Made by a program: the position numbers and the translations under genes. From contig NW_026867476.1 in assembly GCF_020745735.1 (NCBI RefSeq), forward strand, positions 974,427 to 1,038,426: 64,000 nucleotides of DNA. Reading direction: 5' to 3'. This document shows positions 11,485-23,831 of the stretch, piece after piece. The first letter of the stretch is position 1, and the number at the start of each line of letters is the position of its first letter. The DNA is from Hemiscyllium ocellatum. Its lineage: Eukaryota. The notes under the pieces are model-generated. The model saw nothing but the letters and a program-made list of their open reading frames with translations, ran no database searches and had not been told where the DNA came from.

Positions 11485-12789
11485 ATGGGAGGCAAAGGAA
11501 GTTGCCTGACTAAGGATCAATAAACAGCACCAAGTCTGAGTATATACCACCAGACACGCCCTTGGGGAGGATGGTGATAAACTGGGAAAACAATCCCCGG
11601 ACGCGGGGAAAAGCTAGAACTGTGATGATAAATTATTGTTGTTTTGTTTGAACTCGTGAAAGTATAAAATCACCAAATGTATTTTGGTCTAAATATGGGC
11701 CCGATGAAGATTGGCTGCGTCAAGACTTAAATCTATACGTGAATAGAAAACATCAAGGCCAGGGAGAGTCAGATTATGCAGCTCGTTGGTTGGGGAGCGC
11801 GGGAATAAATTTATATCCCGTAAATACGGAGGAGGTGGGAAAGGTGGAACAGAGAAATGAAGGGGGGAAGCCACAATGGGATCCCTTAACGTGTTTGCCG
11901 CCTCCCCCAAATTATCCTCCAAGGGACGAGCCTACAGCTCCCCCTCCCCCTTGCAACATCCTCTTCCGAGGTAGCACAAAAAAAAAGAGGAACAGACTCT
12001 GAACGAAAAGATTCAGAAGTCGGGGGGCCCAGAACTCGATCTGCCACGTGTAAAGGGGAGATCATTGAAAATACAAAAGTATGCCCCTTGAGAGAGGGAT
12101 AAAGAAAATTGGTATTGTAAATGTCCCTTTAACTAGTAGTGAGGTCAGGGCCTCCAAGGAGGAAATGAAAGGATTTGCTTGAGGATCCAGTCGGATTGGC
12201 CGAGCAGTTAGATCGGTTCCTGGGACCCAGTTTGCGTACTTGGGGAGAAACGATGGCAATTCTGGGAACATTGTTCGCGGGGAAAGAGCGAGGTTTGATC
12301 AGGAGGGCGGCCTTACAGGAATGGGAAAAGAGACATCCAGTTGGAGCTGGCGTAGTCCGGCACTGATCCTCACTGGGATAATAATGAGGCGATCGATAGG
12401 AACTCAATGCGAGATCCACGAGAAATGACATTAATGGGAATCAAAGAGGCGGCAGCAAAATCACAAAAAAACTTTGTTAAGGCCTTTGAAGTACAACGAG
12501 AGAAGGATGAAACACCTTCTGCATTCCTTCAAAGGCTTAAGGAGGCTACAAGGAAGTATTCGGGAATGAATCCCGATGACTGGGACTTTTAAAAGTTGGT
12601 GACTAAATCATGGCCGGACCTACAAAAGAAATTACAGAAATGAGAGGGATGGAGTGATAGACAGATGGAAGAGATGTTACGTGAGGCACAGAAAGTGTAT
12701 GTGAAAAGGGAAGACGAGAAGCAGAAACAGAAAGCCAAAATGATGGCGGCAACAGTGGAAGAAATAACAAAACGACAGCAGGAATATAG
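11485..12789 (+). pseudogene. gag: ERV-A gag, 5' part (MA, late-domain region, CA)
   Basis: Starts MGGKGS (myristoylation consensus MGxxxS). 'IPPDTPLG..W..NYCCFV'; 'PPPNY' (PPxY) and 'PTAP' late motifs; CA 'EDPVGLAEQLDRFLGP' and 'QREKDETPSAFLQRL'. Stops and frameshifts present. Confidence 0.85.
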
Positions 12790-13513
12790 TGTGGGATATA
12801 GGTAGTGTTACTTCTGCAATTATAATTACTTATACAAAGTAAATGAACTCACACCAGTGTGTATTTGTTTCAGCCAGGAGCTGAGTCAACAAGAATGGAA
12901 ACTATGTGGAGGAAATGCATACTTTTTTTTGTATTAGCTAAAAATGTATGCAAGATAGAAACGGGACGGCAAAACAATGCAGGCGACTAGATCGGTGCTA
13001 TGAGGGGAGGCAGTTAAGCTAGATACGCCTGTACAAACAGTAGGTACAAACATCTGTTTCCCACTTTTACAGAAACACAGGAACAAACCCCAATTAAAAG
13101 GGTCTGAACGATCTGTATGAGAGGGGAGGCACAGATGGAGGGAGTAGATAATGGTAAGGAAAGGATATGCCTAACAATGACCCACAGTGGGATGAGGTCA
13201 AACGGCCTTGTGAGGCCAGAAATAAGCATTTTGTCACAGACCAGGCCGGATAAGGCAAGAGATAAACATGAGTAATGGGTACTGGTCTTAGGGAAGGGGA
13301 GGATGTAAACAGGGGAGGAGCAACGAAATAAAAAAAATATAGAAACCAAATTATATAAATATTGAGTATTCGTTGAATTTGGTGTGTGAGTCCCTTGCCT
13401 TGTAGACAGACAGTGGACACCACACCCTCTTGCAAGAGTAAAAAAATGACACTACTGATTCAGATCTTGTCTCGGACTGAAATTATTGAAGTGTGTGAGC
13501 TTAGTTTCTCACA
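12790..13513 (+). repeat. ERV-B 5' LTR
   Basis: Near-identical to 19307-20053. TATATAAA at ~13352, AGTAAA at ~13436. Confidence 0.97.
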
Positions 13514-13515
13514 AT

Positions 13516-13532
13516 TGGGGGCTGTTCGGGAT
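13516..13532 (+). promoter_or_regulatory. ERV-B primer-binding site (degenerate tRNA-Pro)
   Basis: TGGGGGCT-GTTCGGGAT immediately after the LTR end. Confidence 0.75.
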
Positions 13533-13827
13533 GTTCTTCCATCACCGGGGGGAGTGGCTGGCCCTGGACACTGGGAAGACGCGTCCCGTTCCCAATTGAG
13601 GAGCGGTCTCGTGTCCCGGTTTGGTCTGCTCCCTTGGGTGACTGGTACGAATCTCACAAGAGAGACATCTGAATCAGATAGTGAAAGGAGGTCGATAGAA
13701 AATACGGCGAAAAGGGGCCAGGCAACTCTGTGCACAGACCAGGGTAAGAAAATTGACTTTTAAGTACTGCCTTGGTGGCCGGGATTGAGTTTTAGTAGTT
13801 AATAAAGGACTAACGAAGGAACTCAAT

Positions 13828-15390
13828 ATGGGTTGTGCCGTGGGTAAGGAAAAAAGCCTCCGGGAAAACAAAAGAAAAAAGGCAATGGCAATGGAGGCAG
13901 GGTCCCTTACAACATACCTCCAGAAAGTCCGTTGGGCAGGATGTTGTGGAATTAGACAAATAATACTTGTACAAGGGAAAAAGGTGATTAAGTATTGTTG
14001 CTTTGCATGGACTAAGGAATTCATTCTTCGTCTCGCCGTCTTCTGGCCAAAGTACAGGTCGGACGGAGACTGGGTTTGTAAATATCTGAATTTATATGTC
14101 AATGTGTGAGAGAGAGAGAGAGAGAATGAAAAGAGCTGTACAGCTGATAGAAAGTTTAACCCTTTGTGATCTGGTTTGAATGCACATTTGTTTGTTGGTG
14201 ATTGAATGTTTGTGCTTTATTCCCTGGAGCTTGAGTTCCAGGACTGTTTTGAACCTGATTTTTATTAGGGAAACTTAACATGATGTCTTTTAAGGTTAAG
14301 GATTCTATAGAGATTATGAAAAAAAATGATAACTCCTGTTCTTTTTTACAGGTCATGACGGCCTTACTATCAGTTTCTAACTAATCTCTTTTACCTTTAC
14401 ATAGAAGCGATTTATGGAGGACAGTTGAAGTTTCAGTTCAACATTAGGATTTTGTTTTTACTACAATCTATGGTTATTATCTGTGACCTTGGATTCGGCC
14501 ATTGTTCATGCATTAGAAGTTTTTTTTAAAAACTTGAATAGACAAATTCTTTTAAGGCAGCTCTGATTACTTCACGACCTATAGCATTGTAATCGAGCAA
14601 TGATTGGTCAGGACTACTTAAGAAAACTAGTTTTGGATTTAAATTAAGGGACTAAAACTGGGTAATTACAGTGGATTTCAAAGTTGGGAACTGTATGCAT
14701 TTTACATTTTTAATATTAAATACTGAATAAATGAATATAAATATATTTACAAGTTAGGGACAGGCTTTAAAGTTAGTCAAGCATGAATTGGTGTTTGAAG
14801 TTATGGGGAGCTAGAAATATTGCAATATTTCTTAAAAAAAAGGGAAGAACGTAACGACTTATCCCCTTCGGAAGGTACCAATAGGGGACAAAGAGATCGG
14901 GTTTGTGTGTGACCCCCTCACCAGTGGGGAGGTCAGAACATTTAAAAGGGAGATGAAGGTCCTGGTTGAGGATCCGGTAGGGTTGTCTGAACAAATTGAT
15001 CAATGTTTGGGGCCCAGTCTGTATACGTGGGCTGAGGTAATGTCTATTTTGAATATACTATTTACTGGGAAAGAAAGGGGACTTATACGAGGAGCAGCCA
15101 TTAAAATATGGGACAGGGAACACCCGATTGGAGAAGGGGATGCTGGACAGGGTGAGATGAAGTTTCCCCTCAGAGAGCCCCAGTGGGAAAATCAAAACCC
15201 GGAGCATAGAGAAGAAATGAGGGAATTGAAAGACCTGAGAGGCACAGAAAGTGTTTGAAAAAAAGAGAGAGGATGAGAGACAAAAACAGAAGGTGAAAAT
15301 GATGGTAGCTACGGTTGATGAGATGGTTAAGAAAAGAATGGAACCAATATTGAGCACCCGGGAGTGGTGGGTGACAGCACGTAGGGCAGA
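13828..15390 (+). pseudogene. gag: ERV-B gag remnants (MA, part of CA), interrupted by an AT-rich segment; NC absent
   Basis: 'MGCAVG..KYCCFAWTKE..VFWPKY..DWVCKYLNLYVN', 'PLTSGEVRTFKREMKVLVEDPVGLSEQIDQCLGP', 'KQKVKMMVATV', all homologous to ERV-A gag. Confidence 0.85.
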
Positions 15391-15396
15391 GAGGAT

Positions 15397-17293
15397 GTGG
15401 GGAGAGAGATCGACCCGATTGTATGGGCTAGGGAAGGGAATCGTGGAGGACTACAGACCCCTCCCCTTGAAGTAAGTTTAAAAAGGATAGGGGACGTTGT
15501 CTGTGAGCGACAATATCCCATTTCCATCGCAGGTAAACGAGGACTGCAGCCAGTAATTGAGGGACTGATTAGAGATGGATTGTTGGAGCCACGTAGGTCT
15601 CCTTATAATACCCCAATCCTACCCGTGCGGAAATCCGATGGAACTTATCGATTGGTGCAGGAATCGAGAACATTAAATCGTATAGTACAGATTAGACACC
15701 CAGTGGTGCCAAACCCCTATACGTTATTGAGTAAGATCCCCCATGACCACAAATGGTTTAGTGTGATAGATTTAAAGGATGCCTTTTGGGCTTGTCCCTT
15801 GGCGGAGGAAAGTAGGAATTTGTTCGCCTTTGAATGGGAAGACCCCAGGACAGGACGGAAACAGCAATACCGGTGGGCTGTGCTCCTCCAGGGGTTTACG
15901 GAATCCCTGAAGTTATTTGGGCTGATGTTAGAACAAATATTGGAGAAATTTAGCAGCCCCAAGGGGACTATCCTGTTGCAGTATGTAGACGACCTCTTAG
16001 TAACAGGAAAAAAAGAGAGAAAGAGTAGTAGAAGCCACTAGCAAATTAGTGAATTTCCTGGGCCAGCAGGGACTGCGAGGATCTAAAAACAAACTACAAT
16101 ATGTGGAGCGAGAAGTGAAATACACGGGACATTTAGTTAGTGAGGGAAAGGGAAAGATAAGCCCGGAATGGATAGAGGGAATAGTGGGGATGCCGCTGCC
16201 CAGGACTAAACGGGAGAGTTACGTCAATTTTTGGGTTTAACGGGATATTGCAGATTGTGGATTGATTCCCATGCTCAAAAACTAAGAAATTATATCGCAA
16301 ACTATTAGAGGAGGAACCAACATGTCTAAATTGGGATGATGAGGAAAAAGAACTAGCTGAGGAACTCAAGAGATCTGATCCATGCCCCCGTGTTAGCCTT
16401 ACCTTCCCTAGATAAACCTTTCCACCTCTTTGCTACTGTAGATAAGGGAGCAGCTTTGGGAATATTAACCCAGAGGTGGGGAGGAATGAAACAGATAGTA
16501 GCATATCTTTCGAAGCTATTGGATCCAGTATCCCAGGGATGGCCTGAGTGTGTGCAGGCTGTGACTGCCACTGCGAGTGGGGTGTTTAAAACAATATTAG
16601 AGCACATAATTCCCCGATATGGGATATGTGAACCGTATAGATTCTGACCAAGGAACTCATTTTACCTCTAAAGTGTTACAGGGGGTAATGAAAGGGTTGG
16701 GAATTTCCTGGGAGTTCCATACTCCATGGCACCCGCCATCATCAGGAAAGGTTTGCGAGAATGAGCCAAAACACTCAAACGACAGCTCTCTAAATTGATA
16801 ATAGAAACCAGACTCCCTTGGACTAAATGTTTACCTATAGCTTTCTTGCAAGTACGAACAGCCCCAAGGACAGATTTGGGACTATCCCTCTATGAGATCT
16901 TATTTGGATTACCTTATCTGGGAACGCATGGAGAATTGCCAATTCCCGAAACTAAACATTTGTTCTTAAAAGAAGTATACACTGGGCTTGTCCGCCTCTT
17001 TGTCTTTCCTCAGGAAACAGGGTTTATTGGCACAGACTCTGCCCCTTGAATTCACCGTTCATCCCATCCAGCCGGGAGATTGGGTCTTAGTAAAATCATG
17101 GACAGAGACTAAATTGCAGCCGGACTGGGAAGGGGCGTATCTTTTGACGACCGGAACGGCAATAAGGACGGCGGAGAAAGGCTGGACTCACTACACTCGG
17201 GTCAAAGGGCCAGTGGAATCTCCAGTTGAGGAAGACAACTGGACAGCTGAATCAACGCAAGACCCACTGCAACTCAGGCTAATGAGACTTTGA
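15397..17293 (+). pseudogene. pol: ERV-B pol remnant: RT + connection fused to integrase C-terminal part (PR, RNase H, IN N-terminus deleted)
   Basis: 'QYPIS..SPYNTPILPVRK..VIDLKDAFW..LLQGFTES..QYVDDLL'; junction 'VQAVTATA|SGVFKTILEHIIPRYG' at ~16575; IN 'DSDQGTHF' and 'PDWEGAY'. Confidence 0.9.
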
Positions 17294-17371
17294 ATAACTG
17301 ATTATACACTGGCAACGCAAGCGCAGGATTATTTCTTTAAGATTGCATATTAAGTCTTTTTGTGCTTCAGT

Positions 17372-19256
17372 ATGATGTTTAGAATACTGGGGATGCTCAG
17401 AGTTATGATGCTAGCCCTCTTAGTATTGGGATTTTGTCAAATATCACGTTCATATGTATTATTAACGGTTCCTGAGTCTGATAATCTACAAGTAATAGAC
17501 GCTGATGCGTGCAGCTTAGTAAATTGTGGGGATGTAGATAATCAGAGACAGTACCGCAGCTCTGCGATACATCTCAAGTCCTATGGGGATGGTACTTGGT
17601 ATAATAGTCTCGTCACAGTACACCGGACCCCCTTCCAACCAGCTCGCGATTGTCCCGATAAAAAGTGTAACCCAGTATCCCTAACAATAAAGAAAGCCAC
17701 ATGGCACGAAGCAATTCTGGGGGGGGGGTGGGGAGAGGGTGCACGGCACCTATGAGATACAATTAAATGAAACATTTGGGATAGAAATGAAACCAAACGG
17801 GAAGGATTTCTCGGGCTGTTGTTTTCGAATTAGTGTAGGACAGGGAAAACGGGTGGAACTACTGGATCATAAGATACAACCTTTCACCCCTCCCGCTGAT
17901 CCTGAAGTAGTAAAAATTAGAGAGGTAAAGGACTTGAAACAGACTATCGAAATTGAAACTGGGTACGGGGATGCAAATGCCTGGGTTGAACGGGTAAAGT
18001 ATACTGTAAAAAGTCTGAACAAAAGCAATTGCTATGCATGTGCCTCCGGTAGGCCAGTGGCCCAGGTGGTTCCCTTTCCGCTGAGGTGGAAGCGAGACAG
18101 GCAGGGCATGGAATGTGCGATAGCCCTGTATCAGGATGAGACTGCATGGAATGATAGGAATTGTACCTTCCTATCTCTGATGTTCCCTCCCTTGGAGAAG
18201 AAAGATGCAAAAGTTCCCCCCACGTTTTCCGCCGCACTTGGAAACCACAAGTCGTGTGTGCGTAGACAAGGTACAAGTCGGTCTAGAGATTTGGAGGGAG
18301 CTGAAATTATATACAGAGATTAAAAACGTTACCGAAACAGAGGAGGGAACTACTCAGCACTAAAGGTTCCCCGAGCGGATCTGTGGTGGTACTGTGGAGG
18401 CAAAATATTGAGACCCACCCTACCTCCGGATTGGAGAGGGATATGTGCAATTGTACAATTGGCAATTCCATTTACCCTGGCATTTGAGAAGGAAAAGATA
18501 GTAGGGAAACAGGGAAGGGATAAGAGATCACTGTTAGACACTTCTTTCGATGACAGGATTTATCTCGATTCGGTAGGAGTCCCTAGGGAGGGTACCTGAT
18601 GAGTTTAAGGTTCGTAACCAGATTGCAGCAGGCTTTGAGTCAGCTCTCTTTTGGTGGGTAACAATTAATAAAAATGTAGATTGGATAAATTACATTTTCT
18701 ATAATCAACAGCGATTTATAAATTATACAAGAGATGCGGTTAAAGGAATACCAGAACAGCTTGATGCGACAAGTAGGATGGCATGGGAGAACGGAATGGC
18801 CCTTGATATAATTAAAGAAAAAGGGGGTGTGTGTGTGTGATGTTAGGAGGAAGCTGTTGTACCTTTATTCCTAATAACACCGCATCTGATGGTTCAATTA
18901 CTCGGGCCTTAAGGGGCTTGACTACCTTAGCAGAGGAACTGGCTGAGAATCCAGGAGGAGACACATCTCTCACGGGATGGCTTGAATCCTGGTTTGGAAG
19001 ATGGAAGGGGGTGGTGGTTTCCATCCTTACTTCCCTGATAGTAGTAGCCGGGGTATTGGTGGCCATTGGCTGTTGGATCATACCCTGTACACGTGGGCTC
19101 ACCCAAAGACTGATTGAGACAGCCTTAATGAAACAGATGTCCCTACACGGGAATCAGGCAGAGGAACGTTATCAACTAAATAATGAGGGGATGAGTGAGA
19201 CCAAGGTGGATGAAATCTCCGGAATGATGCTTGCGAATTTCGGGGGCGATGCTTAA
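17372..19256 (+). pseudogene. env: ERV-B env, near full length, frameshifted (gamma-type)
   Basis: Signal-peptide-like 'MMLALLVLGFC'; SU CxxC (CYAC); furin site RDKR 18516-18527; ISD-like 'WENGMALD'; CX6CC (CVMLGGSCC); TM helix 'VVVSILTSLIVVAGVLVAIGC'. Confidence 0.92.
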
Positions 19257-19306
19257 AAGAAAAATGCAGAAGATAACAAATGGTAATTAAAGAAAAAAGG
19301 GGAAAT

Positions 19307-20053
19307 TGTGGGATATAGGTAAAGTAGTGTTACTTCTGCAATTATAAATTACTTATACAAAGTAAATGAACTCACACCAGTGTGTAATTGTTTCAGCCAG
19401 GAGCTGAGTCAACAAGAATGGGAACTATATGGAGGAAATACATAATTGTTTTTTTGTATTAGCTAAAAGTGTATGCAAGATAGAAACGGGACTGCAAAAC
19501 AATGGTAGATATTACAGACGACTAGATAAGATGCTGTGAGGGGAGGCAGTTAAGCTAGATACGCCTGTACAAACAGTAGGTATAAACATCTGTTTCCCAC
19601 TTTTACAGAAACACAAGAACAAACCCCAATTAAAAGGGTCTGAACGATAAGATGCTGAGAGGGGAGGCACAGATAGAGGGAGTAGATAATGGTAAGGAAA
19701 GGATATGCCTAACAATGACCCACAGCGGGATGAGGTCAAACGGCCTTGTGAGGCCAGAAATAAGCATTTTGTCACAGACCAGGCCGGATAAGGCAAGAGA
19801 TAAACAGGAGTAATGGGTACCGGTCTTAGGGAAGGGGAGGATGTAAACAGGGGAGGAGCAATGAAATAAAAAAAAATATAGAAACCAAATCATATAAATA
19901 TCGAGTATTTGTTGAATTCGGTGTGAGAGTCCCTTGCCTTGGAGACAGACAGTGGACACCACACCCTCTTGCAAGAGTAAAATAAATGACACTACTGATT
20001 CAGATCTTGTCTCGGACTGGAATTATTGAAGTGCGAGAGCTTAGTTTCTCCCA
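19307..20053 (+). repeat. ERV-B 3' LTR
   Basis: Preceded by PPT AAAGAAAAAAGGGGAAA, followed by TSD ATAG. Confidence 0.97.
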
Positions 20054-20230
20054 ATAGGGACGACAGGAAGAAAGGGGGGAAATACGAAAAACAAAACCCA
20101 GTAATTAGGGAAAGTAAGCAACAGGCAGGATGTTATTATTGTGGCAAAAGTAGGACATTTCAAACGAGACTGTCCAGATTTCCGAAGAGAAAAGGAAACA
20201 GTCTCCCTAATGGCTTTCGAAGGAGAATAG
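20054..20230 (+). pseudogene. gag: ERV-A gag 3' end: single CCHC zinc knuckle and amber stop
   Basis: CYYCGK-(1-nt shift)-VGHFKRDC, then ..LMAFEGE-TAG (20228-20230) followed by G-rich 'TGGGGCTGGGGGTCAGGGG'. Confidence 0.85.
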
Positions 20231-23200
20231 TGGGGCTGGGGGTCAGGGGTTCCTTCCTCCTGAGACCCACCGGGAGCCCTTGGTAAATCTACAGGTGGGA
20301 CCTAAAGGGGAGGAGACAGTATTTCTGGTAGATACGGGAGCGGCCTGGCCATCTCTAATTTTTAGATTTACTGGCGCTGAATGGACTAACCAAAGGATCA
20401 GGGTTTCTGGAGTAAAGGACGAAGATTTCTTCGTACCCATTTTTGAGCTGACTTTAATTAAGGGAAGTAAAGAGGAAATAACAGGACAGTTCTTATATAT
20501 CCCTGACCTCGGGAGCAATTTATAGGGTAGGGATTTGATTATTAAATTAGGCCTAGAGGTAGACAATTGTAACACGACCGTAAAAATGGCCATGTTAACA
20601 CTGAGCGATGAAAAGCAAATCCATCCTGATGTACGGGCAAAAGATGGTAATCCAGGTGGGTTAAATATTGATCCGATAAGGATTACGTTAAAACAAGAAA
20701 ATAGGATAGTTCATGTAAAACAATACCCGATATCCCTAAATGGCCGCAGAGGTCTACAACCAGTTATAGGTTCGTTGATAAAAACTGGGTTACTGGAATC
20801 ATGCATGTCACCCTTTAATACTCCGATATTGCCTGTCTGCAAACCAGACGGAACCTATCGAATGGTGCAGGATCTTAGAGCAGTGAATCAGTTGGTTTGA
20901 ACACCACACCCAGTGGTACCTAATCCAGACACTGTGCGAAGTAAAATACCATGTGACCATCGCTGGTTTAGTGTGATAAGATTTAAAAGATGCATCCTAG
21001 GCTTGTCCCTTAGCCACAGAAAGCCGTGACATGTTTGCCTTGGAATGGGAGGATCCGGACGCGGGTAGAGAACGGCAGTTCCGCTGGACGGTACTTCCCC
21101 AGGGATTCACGGAATCACCTCATTTGTTTGGACAAGTACTGGAGCAAGTCCTTGAACAGTTTACAATGCCCAGGGGGAGGATGTTGTTACAATGTGTGGA
21201 TGACCTACTTGTAAAGAGAAGTGAGGTGAGCAAGGCTACCGATAGACGGTTAGAATTCCTGGGGAAACAGGGTCTAAAAGTATCTAGGAATAAGTTACAA
21301 TGTGTGGAAAAAGAGGTAAAATATTTGGGACACCTCATTAGTGAACCCCGAAAGGATTAAAGGAATAACTGAACTACCCCTACCGACCACCAAAAAAGAG
21401 ATATACGGATATTATTGGGGTTGGTGGGCTATTGCAGGTTAATAACAGATGGATAGGCTCAGAAAACGAAAGGGACCGTATTCCAAGGTGACAGAATCTG
21501 GACATGAAAAACTACAATGGGCAGAAAAAGGAGAAGGAAGGGTTACAGGAATTAAAACAAAGCTTAATACAAGTTCCCGTGTTAGCCCTCCCTTCCACCT
21601 TTTTATGACAGTAAATAATGGAGCAGCAATAGGAGTGCTAACCACGAAAACAGGAGGAAAGGAACAACCCATAGCCTTCCTGTCCAAAATTTTACACCCT
21701 GTCTCGAGAGGTTACAGTACATACAGGCGGTGGCGATCACTGCCACCCTGGTAGAGGAGAGCCGCAAACTAACCTTCGGAGGGGGCGCTGGTCGCTAGCA
21801 CTCCCCATCAAGTCAGAACAGTGTGGAACCAAAAGGCAGGAAGATGGTTGACAGATTCAAGAATTCTAAAATACGAAGCCATTCTTAAGGAGAGAGGGAC
21901 GGCCTGGTGTTGACAACACCAGTTGTTTGAACCCAGCCACCTTTGTGTGGAAGGGAGAACCCTTAGATACGCAAGAAGTGGAACATGATTGTTCAGATAT
22001 TATGGAGTATCAGACCAGAACGAGAGCAGACTTAAAGGATAGTCCCTTACATGAAGGAGATAGGCTGTTTATAGACGGGTCGTCAAGGGTAGTCCAAGGA
22101 AAAAGACACAACGGATATGCAGTGGTAGACGGTAGTGAAAACCGCACAGTTGAGGCTGACCGGTTACCGAACACGTGGTCAGCCCAAACTTGCAAATTGT
22201 ATGCTTTAAACCAGACCTTAAAACGGCTAGATAATCGGGATGGGATAATTTACACCGACTCTAAGTATGCCTATGGGGTGGCCCATACCTTCGGTAAAAT
22301 ATGGCAACGACGTGGGCTAATCAATAGCCAAGGAAAGGAATTAGTCCGTGAAGAATTGATAGGACACGTATTAGAAAGTTTGAAATTACCGCAAGAAATA
22401 GCGATTGTTCATGGACTGGGGCACCAAGAGGGGAATAGTCTAGAAGCAGGAGGAAATAGACGAGCAGATGAAGCAGCCAGAGAGGCAGGTATGAACCTTA
22501 CAGTGACAAAGGTACAAATTCTTACACCCCTTGTAAACTCTTCTTCCGTAGACCCTGTGTACGTGGAGGAAGAGGAGCAAGAATTCCAAGAAATCAGACG
22601 AGTGAGGGAAGATGGATTCTCCCTGATGGGAGAGAAATGCTGAATAAACCAGTAATGAGGAACATCCTGAATACCCTGCACCAAGGCAGTCACTGGGGCT
22701 CCCAAGCTCTGTGTGACACAGAAAGTATGGATGTAAGGGAGCCTGTACCGTAGCCAAACAAATGTGTGCAGGATGTCCGACTCGCCAAAAGATTAATAAG
22801 AAAGTAATAAGAAGGAGAGAAAAGGGGGTGGGGGGAGGAAGAAATCCTGGGGTGAGACCCTTTCAGAGTATACAGGTAGATTACACTGAATTACTTCCTG
22901 TTGGGAAGCAAAAGTACTCGTTGGTCACAGTAGACCACGTGACTGGGTGGGTGGAGGCCTTCCCGATGTCCTCAGCCACCTACAGAGGGGAGGTAAAAGT
23001 CCTCCTTGAACATATAATCCCACGATACGGAGTAGCAGAAAATATAGATTCAGACCAAGGCGCTCATTTCACATCTAAACTATTACAGAATGTAATGGCA
23101 GCATTGGAAATTTCATGGGGATTTCACACTCCTCCCTCTTCAGGACGGGTGGAACAAATGAACCAAACCTTAAAAACGGGGTCGTCTAAACTAATATTAG

Positions 23201-23695
23201 AGACTCGATTACCATGGACAAAATGTCTGCCAATAGCATTGCCAAGAATTTGGACTGCACCTAGGCGTGACAGAAGTCTCTCGCCTTACGAAACGATGTT
23301 TGGACTACCCATCCTGGGAGGAAGAGGGGAAGTACCGACGGCCGAACTTACTGATAGGTTTCTGAAAAATTATATTGCGGCTCTCGGCTCTTCGTTGTCT
23401 TTTCTTAGGAATAAGGGTCTCCTGGCGCAGACACCACCTTCGGAGTTCACGGCACACCAGATAAAACCGGGAAATTGGGTTCTGGTGAAAACCTGGAAAG
23501 ATACTAGACTGCACCCAGACTGGGAGGGGCCGTTCCTCACCCTCCTGACGATCGAAACGGCAGTACGGACTGCAGGAAAAGGGTGGAGCCATCACGCTCG
23601 TGCTCAGGCGCTCCTTCTTTCTCGGCGGAGTGGCAGGCTAATCCTACAGAGGACCCTCTGAAAATCAAGCTGAGCAGGAAGACTGAACTGAAATA
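20231..23695 (+). pseudogene. pol: ERV-A pro-pol (protease, RT, connection, RNase H, integrase), disrupted
   Basis: PR 'FLVDTGA'; RT 'VLPQGFTESP', 'QCVDDLL' (YVDD mutated); RNase H 'LFIDGSS..IYTDSKY..GNRRAD'; IN 'IQVDYT..IDSDQGAHF..SSGRVEQMN..WEGPF'. Confidence 0.95.
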
Positions 23696-23831
23696 AGAGA
23701 CTTTTAAAGCTGCTGCTATTGGTTTAAAGATAACCGCTGCCATTGACTGTAAGTGCTGTGTGGGCTCACCTTTCCCAGACACGAGAGAAAGGGGTGGGTG
23801 AGGACGGGGATAATAATATAAAATAGGTACC

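Larger units (their letters stand above)
12790..20053 (+). mobile_element. ERV-B: internally deleted class I provirus nested in ERV-A gag
   Basis: LTRs 12790-13513 and 19307-20053 (TG...CA). Perfect 4-bp TSD ATAG at 12786-12789 and 20054-20057. PBS 13516-13532, PPT 19289-19305. Confidence 0.97.
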
